From positions 1 to 40,339 of the forward strand of contig JAHQWJ010000046.1 of the NCBI GenBank assembly GCA_029856125.1: a DNA stretch of 40,339 nt, read 5' to 3'. The translations under genes and the position numbers were made by a program. This DNA comes from Promethearchaeia archaeon (lineage in GTDB: Archaea; Asgardarchaeota; Lokiarchaeia; Sigyniarchaeales; SOKP01). Under the pieces are notes generated by a model that worked only from the letters and a program-made list of their open reading frames with translations, ran no database searches and was not told the origin of the DNA. Positions 16,699 through 26,431 of this stretch are shown here, one piece after another (within the stretch, counting starts at the first letter, position 1; each line of letters begins with the position of its first letter).

Positions 16699-17592
16699 GT
16701 GATAAGTGTGATTCAATATTTAAACATCTTAACTAAAGACGGTAAGTCATTGTTATTCCGAAATTACGGCAGTTCAGATGTAGATAGAGACTTGTTAGCG
16801 GGTTTTTTGAGCGCTTTTTCGGGATTTATGAAGGAAATTAGTCAAAGCGACATTAAATCGACTGCGACTGATGAATTTAAGTATTATTATACGATTATCG
16901 AGACTATTATTATCGTTGTATGCACGGATTTAGATGACGATGACGCAACAATTAACTCTAAAATAACAACTATTAGGGTTAAGTTCATGGAGAAATTTGG
17001 AGAACTTCTTACAAGTGGTCAATGGAGGGGGAATCGTGCGATTTTTACGAGTTTTGAAAAGGAAATCGATGATGTCATCTTAGGATCTATTAAAGTTTCG
17101 ATTATAGGAGTAGGAGGAGTTGGCAAAACCACACTCTTACACTTAATATGTGGCAAAGATATCGATTTAGAATACATTCCAACGATAAATGTTGATATCA
17201 CTCCTTTTGACGGCGAAGGACTTGATGCTCCTCGTTCAATTGTTCTTTGGGATTTTGCGGGACAATCTAATTTTAGATCCTTATGGAAGAGTTTATTAGA
17301 TAGTACAGATATAGCTCTAATCGTCCTTGATTCAAGCTTTGAAAATGTTAATTACAGTAAAGATATAATTCGAGACATTCTCGATAAACACTACAGGGAT
17401 GTGTTAGTAATAGGTATAGCAAATAAACAAGACATGCCCAATCGATTAACACCCGAGTTTTGCGAAAGAATCCTATCCCAAGCGGAAAGAGAACCCCCGA
17501 TCAAAGTCCATGGAATGGAAGCGATTAATCCTTTATACCGCGAGAAAATTCTTGCAATTTTAAGAGAAGCAATAAATAAGATTATCCATTAG
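16699..17592 (+). CDS. Longin-like domain fused to an Arf-like small GTPase
   Basis: N-terminal IQYLNILTKDGKSLLFRNY...DLLAGFLSAFSGFMKEI. C-terminal GVGGVGKT, PTI, WDFAGQ..FRSLW and ANKQD. Confidence 0.85.
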   Translation: MISVIQYLNILTKDGKSLLFRNYGSSDVDRDLLAGFLSAFSGFMKEISQSDIKSTATDEFKYYYTIIETIIIVVCTDLDDDDATINSKITTIRVKFMEKFGELLTSGQWRGNRAIFTSFEKEIDDVILGSIKVSIIGVGGVGKTTLLHLICGKDIDLEYIPTINVDITPFDGEGLDAPRSIVLWDFAGQSNFRSLWKSLLDSTDIALIVLDSSFENVNYSKDIIRDILDKHYRDVLVIGIANKQDMPNRLTPEFCERILSQAEREPPIKVHGMEAINPLYREKILAILREAINKIIH

Positions 17593-17679
17593 TTTTGAAC
17601 TAACTATTAAATTTATAGTTAAAACATAAAAAATTAATTGATTTTAGAATTATTAAATATTATCTGACTTTCTTATGTT

Positions 17680-19443
17680 GTGATAGTGATAGAATTGCTT
17701 GAATTTGAGTTAGAAGAATTTTCCCTCATTGATCGTGGTAAATATAAAACTTTAAGGCTAGAGGAATTAACGGAAGAAGAGAGGTATCTTGTAGATCCAA
17801 TTGTTGCCCCAACATCAGGTTTGCGGATTGAGATACTTGACAAACAAAAAAGAGCCGGTTCAGAGAAATATGTTTTAACTAAGCGAAAGCTGTTCCTATT
17901 TCTTCGCGTTTTTAAAGCTATTAGTCAAAAATACAAAGAGATGAAGGATGGTAATAATCTCAAAATATTAATTGTAACGGATAACCGCCCAACTAAAAGT
18001 ATTCTATTAGAATATTGTTCTCAAATTTTTGCTTACGATGGATACGATATTTTTCACCAGAAAGACATTCCCGGAGAATCGAAGGCGTCTGCTCCGTATG
18101 GCGCAGCATCGGTTGGCTTAATTAAGGATGTTAATTTAGTAATTGTATTAACTGCTTCTCATAATGAACTGTCTTGGAATGGAGTAAAGTTTTACATCGA
18201 TTATCCGATGCCTATGTCGGGTGATTTATTCAAAGAAATTTCTAACAGAGCGATAATGCTCAAGGAAATAAATCTCGATCCTTTTTACCAGCCTATTAAA
18301 ATCGATGCTGAACAGATAAATAACGATTACGTTATAAGTTTGTTAAATGATGTTTTGGAACTTAAAAGCTTAATAGGTTTAAAAATCATTATTTGGCCAT
18401 ATCTAGGAAAAGCCAGAGGGATTGTTAATCTTTTTAAACGCTTAGGTGCAGATGTGGTGCTGATTAACGAAGAAATCAATCCTCCTAACCCTATAAAGGT
18501 AGTTCGAGAGGAAAAATTGAAGCAAGTAATGGAAAAAGAAGCTTCAAATATTGCCCTACTTTTAGACGCAGATCGAGATAGAATTGCGTTGTATGTAAAA
18601 CAGAATGGTAAATATTGTTATTACATTCCAAATGAGATATATTCTGCCTTACATAATATTTTAGCTTATAATTATCATAAAAAGATCATCAACGTGAGGA
18701 CTATTCCAAGCGATTTAAGAGGAGATGAGACGAGTTTTATAAATATTTTGACTGGTGTAGGTTATAAACATTTAGGAGTAATTATGTACTTTCTATTAGG
18801 AATGGAAGTAGATCAGTCAAAAGTTGATAAAGCAATCCTCTATTATGAAGACGAGAACAAAGCATTGGTGAAAATTAATAAGGCTGACCCATTAAGAAAA
18901 AGACTAACTGAACTTATTGAAAAAGATAAGAAACATGACGAGAGTTTTTTAATAGTGATGTGGGAAGAATCAGGAGGACATACCATTAATTTATTGAATC
19001 CTGCGAAAAAAGATAACTTGGGGCATTTCGTTTTTGATTCTAAGTTTCAAATAATTGCGGATAAATACCCCGTACCTGCTTTAGTTTTAATAACAGAACT
19101 AATTGCAAGAGGGCATGAAATATCAAAATCAATTGACTGGTCGATTAAAGGGATAAATCGAACTATACCTGCTATAGACGAGCAAAAGATTAAGATTATG
19201 AATAATTTTATGAAAAATGACAAGAACTCTCTCACAATTAATGAAAAAGAGTATATAGTGAGCGCTTTATCTGATAATTCCAAAAATGTAGATATCTACC
19301 GGCTTAAAAGTGCCGATTCTACGCTGTATTTTAGACCAAGCGGCACAGGTCCAGAAGTAAGGTTTTATATTTTTGGTAAACGTGAAACTCACTTAGAAGA
19401 ATTAAAAACAGTGCAAGATTATATAAAAATGCAATATTCATAA
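17680..19443 (+). CDS. Phosphoglucomutase/phosphomannomutase (alpha-D-phosphohexomutase) family protein
   Basis: TASHN (phospho-Ser), NGVKF, DADRDR (metal loop), EESGG and RPSGT.P. Confidence 0.85.
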   Translation: MIVIELLEFELEEFSLIDRGKYKTLRLEELTEEERYLVDPIVAPTSGLRIEILDKQKRAGSEKYVLTKRKLFLFLRVFKAISQKYKEMKDGNNLKILIVTDNRPTKSILLEYCSQIFAYDGYDIFHQKDIPGESKASAPYGAASVGLIKDVNLVIVLTASHNELSWNGVKFYIDYPMPMSGDLFKEISNRAIMLKEINLDPFYQPIKIDAEQINNDYVISLLNDVLELKSLIGLKIIIWPYLGKARGIVNLFKRLGADVVLINEEINPPNPIKVVREEKLKQVMEKEASNIALLLDADRDRIALYVKQNGKYCYYIPNEIYSALHNILAYNYHKKIINVRTIPSDLRGDETSFINILTGVGYKHLGVIMYFLLGMEVDQSKVDKAILYYEDENKALVKINKADPLRKRLTELIEKDKKHDESFLIVMWEESGGHTINLLNPAKKDNLGHFVFDSKFQIIADKYPVPALVLITELIARGHEISKSIDWSIKGINRTIPAIDEQKIKIMNNFMKNDKNSLTINEKEYIVSALSDNSKNVDIYRLKSADSTLYFRPSGTGPEVRFYIFGKRETHLEELKTVQDYIKMQYS

Positions 19444-19496
19444 GACTCGAAAAGTCAATTTAAAATTTAAAATCTAAAATCTTAAGTGTAAAAATT

Positions 19497-21485
19497 ATGA
19501 AAGACGGTCGAAAAAAGTTATGGGAGCCCTCTGCAGAATGGATAAAGAATGCTAATATAACGCGTTTTATAGAGTTTGTTAATAGAGAATACGGACAGAA
19601 TGTAAAAGGGGGAAAGGACCTATACAAGTTTTCTGTAGAAAAAATAGAAGATTTCTGGGATGCTATGTGGAAATTTTCTGATATAATCGCATCTAAACCA
19701 TATGATAAAGTAGTGGAAGATTTAAGCGTTTTTCCCGGCACTAAATGGTTTCCTGGCGCTCGGTTAAACTTCGCTGAAAATTTATTAAAGTATAAAGACG
19801 ATCAATTAGCTTTCGTATTTCAAGGCGAGTCTAAAGTAACCAAACAAATGACGTACTCAGAGTTGAACAAAACAGTTGCTCGATTAGCAAAATCTCTTAA
19901 AGAATTGGGTGTTAGTGTAGGAGATCGAGTTGTTTCTTATATGCCAAATTTAATTGAAACCCCTATTGCCATGTTAGCGGCAACAGCGATTGGAGCTACA
20001 TGGGCGTCGTGCGGGGCTGAATTACAACCTAACGCCGTTATAGATAGATTTGGACAAATCGAGCCAAAAGTCTTGTTTACTGTAGATGGTTACTTTTATA
20101 GAGATAAAGAGTTTAACATAATCGAAAATGCTAAGGCTGTAGTTGAGGTTATTCCCTCTATCGAAAAAGTTATCGTTGTATCTTATATTTCTCAAGATAA
20201 ACCAGATATCAGTACTATTTCTAACGCTATCCATTGGGATGACTTTCTATCCAAAGATGAGGATATTTCTTTAGAATTTGAGCAATTACCCTTTGACCAT
20301 CCCCTATATGTTATGTTCTCCTCTGGAACAACGGGAGCACCAAAGTGTCTTGTTCAAAGTTCTGGTGGCGTACTAATCAATCATTTAAAGGAGCTAATCC
20401 TCTCAACTGATTGTAAAAGGAGCGATGTTCTCAATTATGTCACAGCTCCTTCTTGGATGATGTGGAATTGGCTCATTAGTGGACTAGCAGTAGGGTGTAC
20501 AATATTTTTATACGATGGTAATCCTCTTTACCCCGATCCATTGAGATTTTTTGAATTAATAGAAAAACATAAAATATCTATTTTTGGTACTAGTGCCGCG
20601 TATATTCATTATTTAATGGGACTTGGTGTTAAACCTGCCGAGAAATATGATTTAAGCTCGTTAAGAGAAATTTCGCAAACAGCGTCAACGCTTTCCCCAG
20701 AAGGATTTGAGTATGTTTATAGAGAAATTAAAAAGGATCTCTTTTTTAATTCGATTAGTGGAGGAACTGATATTAATGGTTGTTTTGCTGGGGCTATTCC
20801 AATTCTACCAGTTTATTCCGGTGAATTACAAGGTCGAGCATTAGCAATGAAAGTTGAGTCTTATTCAGGAAAAGCCGAACCAATTGAAGATGAACAAGCA
20901 GAACTTGTGTGTGAAGCTCCATCACCATCGATGCCGATTTACTTTTGGGGTGACGACGATAACATGACAAAATACAAAGCAGCTTATTTTGGTTATTACC
21001 AAGACGTAGGAAAAACGGTCTGGAGACATGGCGATTACATTGTAATTCATAGCGATACTGGCGGCATAACATTCTGGGGTCGATCAGACGCGGTTTTAAA
21101 GCCTTCCGGTGTTAGAATTGGTACCGCAGAGATTTATAATGTGGTTGAACAACTTCCTGAAATAGCAGATAGTCTTGTTATCGGGCAGAAATACTCCGGC
21201 GATATCCGAATAATTATGTTCGTTCTCTTGAATGAGGGCTACGAATTAACAGACGAGTTAAAAGCCAAGATTAAGCAAACTTTGCGAGAAAAAACCTCTC
21301 CTCGACATGTTCCAAAATTAATTTTTCAAACACCTCCAGACGGCATTCCTTACACATTCAGTAATAAAAAGGTTGAAATTGCTGTTACAAAAATTATTCA
21401 TGGTATGTCCGTAGCTAATCGCGGAGCTCTTAGAAATCCAGATTCACTCGATTTCTATGAAAAAATCAAAGAAGAACTAAAATAA
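19497..21485 (+). CDS. Acetoacetate--CoA ligase
   Basis: WFPGARLNFAENLL, FSSGTTGAPKC, WMMWNWL, SISGGTD, WRHGD, GRSDAVLKPSGVRIGTAEIY and SPRHVP. Confidence 0.93.
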   Translation: MKDGRKKLWEPSAEWIKNANITRFIEFVNREYGQNVKGGKDLYKFSVEKIEDFWDAMWKFSDIIASKPYDKVVEDLSVFPGTKWFPGARLNFAENLLKYKDDQLAFVFQGESKVTKQMTYSELNKTVARLAKSLKELGVSVGDRVVSYMPNLIETPIAMLAATAIGATWASCGAELQPNAVIDRFGQIEPKVLFTVDGYFYRDKEFNIIENAKAVVEVIPSIEKVIVVSYISQDKPDISTISNAIHWDDFLSKDEDISLEFEQLPFDHPLYVMFSSGTTGAPKCLVQSSGGVLINHLKELILSTDCKRSDVLNYVTAPSWMMWNWLISGLAVGCTIFLYDGNPLYPDPLRFFELIEKHKISIFGTSAAYIHYLMGLGVKPAEKYDLSSLREISQTASTLSPEGFEYVYREIKKDLFFNSISGGTDINGCFAGAIPILPVYSGELQGRALAMKVESYSGKAEPIEDEQAELVCEAPSPSMPIYFWGDDDNMTKYKAAYFGYYQDVGKTVWRHGDYIVIHSDTGGITFWGRSDAVLKPSGVRIGTAEIYNVVEQLPEIADSLVIGQKYSGDIRIIMFVLLNEGYELTDELKAKIKQTLREKTSPRHVPKLIFQTPPDGIPYTFSNKKVEIAVTKIIHGMSVANRGALRNPDSLDFYEKIKEELK

Positions 21486-21523
21486 AAAACTGTTCTAATT
21501 CTTTTTGATTTCTTTTTTTACTT

Positions 21524-22795
21524 TTAATAATAGGTATCAGGATATGAAATTTCTTTAGGAAATAAAACATCAATTAATTCTCGTGATTCATGTTTCACTT
21601 TGGCATCCTTCATAATATATTTTATCTCTTTAAAACTCCGGTCTCCTAAAATTAATTTGAACAAAATTGATCCTGGTAATTTAAGATCACAAGATAGTTC
21701 CTTTGGATATCCTTTTTCCATTTTAATAGTAGAAATTTGCCCATTATTAAAAGATAAGATAATGGTTGCTTTGTAATTACTTATTTTTAAGTCTTGAATT
21801 ACACCTTGGAAATTTGAATTATGAATTCTATTTTCTAATATTGGTTTTAATTTATCTAAATAAGTTTTTAAATTTGGAACCTTTACTTGCCAACCATAAG
21901 TGTCATACGTTGTTCCTCCAAGTTCACCAATAAGATTCGCTAAATCTGTATCCTCCCTAATAGCCAAGTTAACTTGATCTGGATTATCAACACTCACGAT
22001 TTCTTTAATATATTGAAGTATCTTTATTCCACATTCGCGATTTATATGTGATGTTTTTATATCGTATCCTAAATTATCATAAGTCTTTCCGAATGTGAAA
22101 TATGTTATCGATTTTCCACTCGTCTCAATTATATATGTTGAAGCTTTAAATTCGTTGTAATGGTCATTAAAGAATTTAGAGATGTAGCAATCCTTATCAT
22201 AAATATTTGATATAAAGAAATCACCGTAATATTGGTGATATTTGCTTACAATAAAATCAATATCATCTAAGTCTGCTTTTCTAATCTTTAAATATTCCAG
22301 ATTGTCTAAAGGGATCTTTGTTGGTGATAAAAACATTCTGTGATCAAGAGGTATAGCAAATTCATAGCCTAATTTTCGATAATAATAAGGGATACCTCTT
22401 ATGACAGAAATAATATATCCTTTTTCTGCCATAATACTTTCATATAGTTTATTTAACTCAACAATTAATTCTTTCCCACGGTATTTTTCTAATGTCCCAA
22501 CAAATCCCATTTCGCACACGGGAATAATAGTAGTCCCAAATCTCCATACTAAAGGCATTAAACTAATACTTGATATAATTTTATTTGAATTTGAATCCTT
22601 TATATATAGGAATAGTACGTCCTCTTTCCTTGGATGGTTTAAAAATATATGATTAAGATAAGCTCTTACTGATTCACCATGTACGTTAACATTTAATTCT
22701 AAAATTTGCTGTAATTCTTCCTTCTTACTATTCTCAGCAATATGAATCGAAAAATGTTGATTTAAATTCCTCTGATATCCTTTTACAAGTTCCAT
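21524..22795 (-). CDS. GNAT N-acetyltransferase, Eis-like with a C-terminal SCP2-like domain
   Basis: VGTLEKYRGKEL and GIPYYYRKLGYE. Confidence 0.8.
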   Translation of the reverse strand: MELVKGYQRNLNQHFSIHIAENSKKEELQQILELNVNVHGESVRAYLNHIFLNHPRKEDVLFLYIKDSNSNKIISSISLMPLVWRFGTTIIPVCEMGFVGTLEKYRGKELIVELNKLYESIMAEKGYIISVIRGIPYYYRKLGYEFAIPLDHRMFLSPTKIPLDNLEYLKIRKADLDDIDFIVSKYHQYYGDFFISNIYDKDCYISKFFNDHYNEFKASTYIIETSGKSITYFTFGKTYDNLGYDIKTSHINRECGIKILQYIKEIVSVDNPDQVNLAIREDTDLANLIGELGGTTYDTYGWQVKVPNLKTYLDKLKPILENRIHNSNFQGVIQDLKISNYKATIILSFNNGQISTIKMEKGYPKELSCDLKLPGSILFKLILGDRSFKEIKYIMKDAKVKHESRELIDVLFPKEISYPDTYY

Positions 22796-22891
22796 TTCAG
22801 ATTTCTAAATGATATCAAATTTAGAAACTTTATGGAAATTAATGTCTATTTTTAAGTTAAAAATAAAAAAAAAGTTTTAAAAATAATTATA

Positions 22892-24337
22892 TTAAAGTCC
22901 TAATCCAGTTTTAATTCTATCGCCCCAGTTCGGATCAGCTTTATAAAAATGTTTAAGCATTCGTTCTTGAATGAACTTGGGAACTGTTATTAAACTACCA
23001 ACAATGTTTTTTACAAGGCGATCTTGCTCGTCTGAAGGCAATATTCTGTAGAGATTACCAGGTTGGACAAAATCATCATCAGTTGTAGGTTGGTCATAAG
23101 CATCTGCATCACCAGAAATTTTTAAGGGTGGTTCTTTAAAAGACGGGTCTTGTTTGGGTCCACCAAAACTGTTTGGTTCGTAAACTACTGAACCTCCATA
23201 ATTACCGTCAAATCGCATGTGACCATCGCGATGGTAATTATTTACCATTGCTTTTGATTTATTTACTGGTAGGCTTTGATAATTAACGCCAAGTCGGTAT
23301 CTATGAGCATCAGCGTAAGAGAACGTTCTTGCTTGTAGCATTTTATCCGGTGAAAATGAAATTCCCGGAACTTTATTAGAAGGATCAAATGCTGCTTGTT
23401 CTACTTCTGCGAAATAATTTTTAGGATTTCGATTAAGTTCCATTATCCCTACTTTAATTAGGGGGTAATCTTTATGAGGCCAAACTTTAGTCATATCAAA
23501 TGGGTTCCATCGATAAGATTCAGCTTCGAGTTCAGGCATGATCTGTACGGATAATTCCCATTTTGGGAAATCACCCTTTTCAATTGTTTCATAAAGATCA
23601 CGGGTTGTCCAGTCAGGATCTTTACCAGCTAATTCATCTGCTTCTTCTTGCATAAAGTTTTTAATGCCCTGCATTGTTTTAAAGTGGAATTTCACCCAAA
23701 AACGCTCATCGTTAGCATTCAGAAAACTGTAAGTATGGCTCCCATAACCGTTCATATGGGGATATCCCCTTGGTATACCTCGATCGGAAAATAGTATTGT
23801 CACTTGATGCAAAGTTTCAGGGACTAAGGACCAAAAATCCCACCACATTGTCTGAGATTTTAAGTTTGTATGTGGTTCGCGCTTTTGTGTATGGATAAAA
23901 TCGCTGAATTTCGAGGGATCTCTTATAAAAAATACAGGAGTATTATTACCAACTAAATCCCAATTACCCTCATCTGTATAAAACTTTATTGCAAAGCCTC
24001 TAACATCTCTTACCGTATCTGCAGAACCTCTTTCACCAGCAACTGTTGAAATTCGAACGAATAACTCTGTTTTTTTCCCAACTTCAGAGAAGATTTTAGC
24101 TTTAGTAAATTTGGTAATATTATCGGTCACTGTAAAAGTACCGTATGCTCCAGCACCTTTGGCGTGAACTACTCGCTCAGGAATACGCTCTCTATTAAAG
24201 TGTGCCATTTTTTCGAATAAATGGACATCTTGCATGAGTAATGGTCCTCTTTCACCAGCAGATAGTGAGTTCTGATTGTCCGGTACTGGAGCTCCTCCTT
24301 GTGTTGTTAATACTTTTGGTTTTTCTTTTTTTTCCAT
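22892..24337 (-). CDS. katA: Monofunctional heme catalase (small subunit, clade 3-like)
   Basis: [38 protein letters not shown] and [14 protein letters not shown] (Tyr ligand). Confidence 0.97.
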   Translation of the reverse strand: MEKKEKPKVLTTQGGAPVPDNQNSLSAGERGPLLMQDVHLFEKMAHFNRERIPERVVHAKGAGAYGTFTVTDNITKFTKAKIFSEVGKKTELFVRISTVAGERGSADTVRDVRGFAIKFYTDEGNWDLVGNNTPVFFIRDPSKFSDFIHTQKREPHTNLKSQTMWWDFWSLVPETLHQVTILFSDRGIPRGYPHMNGYGSHTYSFLNANDERFWVKFHFKTMQGIKNFMQEEADELAGKDPDWTTRDLYETIEKGDFPKWELSVQIMPELEAESYRWNPFDMTKVWPHKDYPLIKVGIMELNRNPKNYFAEVEQAAFDPSNKVPGISFSPDKMLQARTFSYADAHRYRLGVNYQSLPVNKSKAMVNNYHRDGHMRFDGNYGGSVVYEPNSFGGPKQDPSFKEPPLKISGDADAYDQPTTDDDFVQPGNLYRILPSDEQDRLVKNIVGSLITVPKFIQERMLKHFYKADPNWGDRIKTGLGL

Positions 24338-24411
24338 TAGAATTCATCTCTTTTTATGTTTAAATCATTTCTTTACAATACTGTAAAATATTTAAAAATT
24401 GGTGGTTAATT

Positions 24412-24467
24412 TATAATATAAGAATTATTCTTATATAATAGATATTATCAAATAGTAATCATTATTA
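24412..24467. promoter_or_regulatory. Two Fur/PerR-type 7-1-7 boxes between divergent katA and perR
   Basis: Perfect 10-1-10 inverted repeat ATATAAGAAT-T-ATTCTTATAT (24416-24436) and TAGTAAT-C-ATTATTA (24453-24467). Compare the Per box TTATAATnATTATAA. Confidence 0.7.
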
Positions 24468-24539
24468 ATATAGCTTATGTTTTATTTTAATAACATTTTA
24501 AACTATAAATCTACTCATCATAATTACTTGGTGGCTTAA

Positions 24540-24953
24540 TTGGATACTAATGATGTAATAAATTTTTTTAGAGAAAAGGGACTTAAGGTAACCTCTCAAC
24601 GCTTAGCTATATGTACCTTTATCCTCTCTCGAAAAGATCATCCTACCGCTGAACAAATATACCAAGAATTAAGAAATGAGTATCCAACGATAAGTTTGGG
24701 GACAATTTATAAAACTTTGCATCTATTGCAAGAATTAGGATTAATTCAAGAACTAGGCTTTAACGAGGGAAGTGTAAGATATGATCCAGATATGGAACTC
24801 CACATAAATATGGTATGTTCTAAATGTGGAAAAATTTCAGATTATAAAGCTGAAAATGTAGAAAAGTTATGGAGTGCTATTATATCAGATCTAGGATTTA
24901 AACCTAAAGGACAACGCATTGATATTTACTTTGAATGCAACGATTGCAAATAA
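24540..24953 (+). CDS. perR: Fur-family regulator, PerR-like
   Basis: GLKVTSQR, HPTAEQIY, SLGTIYKTL and two CxxC motifs (CSKC, CNDC); divergent from catalase. Confidence 0.85.
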   Translation: MDTNDVINFFREKGLKVTSQRLAICTFILSRKDHPTAEQIYQELRNEYPTISLGTIYKTLHLLQELGLIQELGFNEGSVRYDPDMELHINMVCSKCGKISDYKAENVEKLWSAIISDLGFKPKGQRIDIYFECNDCK

Positions 24954-25056
24954 AACATATTTGAACAATTTCATCTATATTCTTTTTTAAAATTTTAATT
25001 AGAATCAAATATTCTAATTATTAAATTCAATTAACTAAAAACTTAATGAGATTAAA

Positions 25057-26313
25057 ATGCAAGAAAAAATAATTAGTGACGATATTCTTGAAAAGATGAC
25101 TTTAGAGAATGTTTTTAAGATTTTTAACAACAATGTATTTCCGATGCTCAATGATGAGGAAATAGAATATTGTAACGAACTCCAGGAATTTTGCTTAGAA
25201 CTTCACCCTAAAATTGATAAATCTAAAGATGTTTATGAGTTGTTTCCTGAACTTGGAAAGCGTGGCTATATGCAGCGAATCAATAAGTGGAAAGATTTCA
25301 CTCCCTATGGGATGAAAAAAGAAATATTGCTGGGAACGCATTTATCACTATTAGACCCTCAATTAGAATTAGCAAGATTAGCGAGTGGAATTTTATGCGG
25401 TAATCCGACATTTCACTATTACGAACACGGAGGAACAGGTGAAACTATTCAAAAAGTTCAAGACGAATTAATGTCTGGACAGAAAATAGGCTGTATAGGA
25501 ATAACTGAACCTGAACGAGGTTCTGATGCCGTGAATATGACAACTGTCGCAACGAAAGAAGGTGATTCTGTGATTTACAACGGTGAGAAAGTATATACTA
25601 CAAACGCTCCAAAAGCAGATTATTTTTGTACGTATGGGGTATATGATACAAATAATCCGCGCGATACAATGGTGCAAGCAATGATAAAGCGTGATTTTGG
25701 CGTGAGAACTGAAAGATTGAAAATCAATTCCGTTCCACGAGTACACATTGCCCATACCTACTTTGAAAATGTGAAGATCCCAAACGATTACATCTTAGCT
25801 GATGATGGATTAGGTTATGTTAGATTGTTTGAAGGGTTGGTTCCTGAACGTTTAGGAATAATGGGTTCTGGTATTGGCATTTGTTGGTCAGGTTTAATAT
25901 ACGGAATTCTCTACACAAATCTTAGAAAACAATTTGGCAAGGCAGTAATTAGATATCAAGGCGTCGGTTATGGATTAGCAGACTTACTTACCAAAACCAT
26001 TGCAGCTACAAGTTTAGCGCTTCAAGCAGCGACAATTTACGATGACAAGATACTATTTGCCGATAAACCTTCAAAGGAGGCTGTAAAGTGGGCTGCGGGT
26101 ATATCAGCTCAAGGTAAATATTACACTGCTAAGTTAACACATGAAATTTGTTACGAAGTTCAACAACTTATGGGTGGTATTAGTGTTACCGATAACACTC
26201 CTATAGATGAGCTAGCTGATGTAAGTAAAATTGAAGAAGTTATTGGTGGGGCCCGGAATATCCAACTTCTTATAATTCAATCTCAAATCCAGCGATTTAT
26301 GAGATTAATTTAG
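25057..26313 (+). CDS. Acyl-CoA dehydrogenase (catalytic Glu in the IVD/LCAD position)
   Basis: ITEPERGSD, NGEKVYTTNA, GLVPERL, RKQFGK and QLMGG. The usual IYEGT position reads VIGGA. Confidence 0.9.
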   Translation: MQEKIISDDILEKMTLENVFKIFNNNVFPMLNDEEIEYCNELQEFCLELHPKIDKSKDVYELFPELGKRGYMQRINKWKDFTPYGMKKEILLGTHLSLLDPQLELARLASGILCGNPTFHYYEHGGTGETIQKVQDELMSGQKIGCIGITEPERGSDAVNMTTVATKEGDSVIYNGEKVYTTNAPKADYFCTYGVYDTNNPRDTMVQAMIKRDFGVRTERLKINSVPRVHIAHTYFENVKIPNDYILADDGLGYVRLFEGLVPERLGIMGSGIGICWSGLIYGILYTNLRKQFGKAVIRYQGVGYGLADLLTKTIAATSLALQAATIYDDKILFADKPSKEAVKWAAGISAQGKYYTAKLTHEICYEVQQLMGGISVTDNTPIDELADVSKIEEVIGGARNIQLLIIQSQIQRFMRLI

Positions 26314-26431
26314 TTTTATTCTTATTTTTTTTTTTTATTATACCCTTCTGAGATCTCTTTGATACTTTCTCAAAAAAATCTCTTCATATCTTTAGTTAAG
26401 TTAAAAAAAAAAAATTATAATTAAGTTGAAA

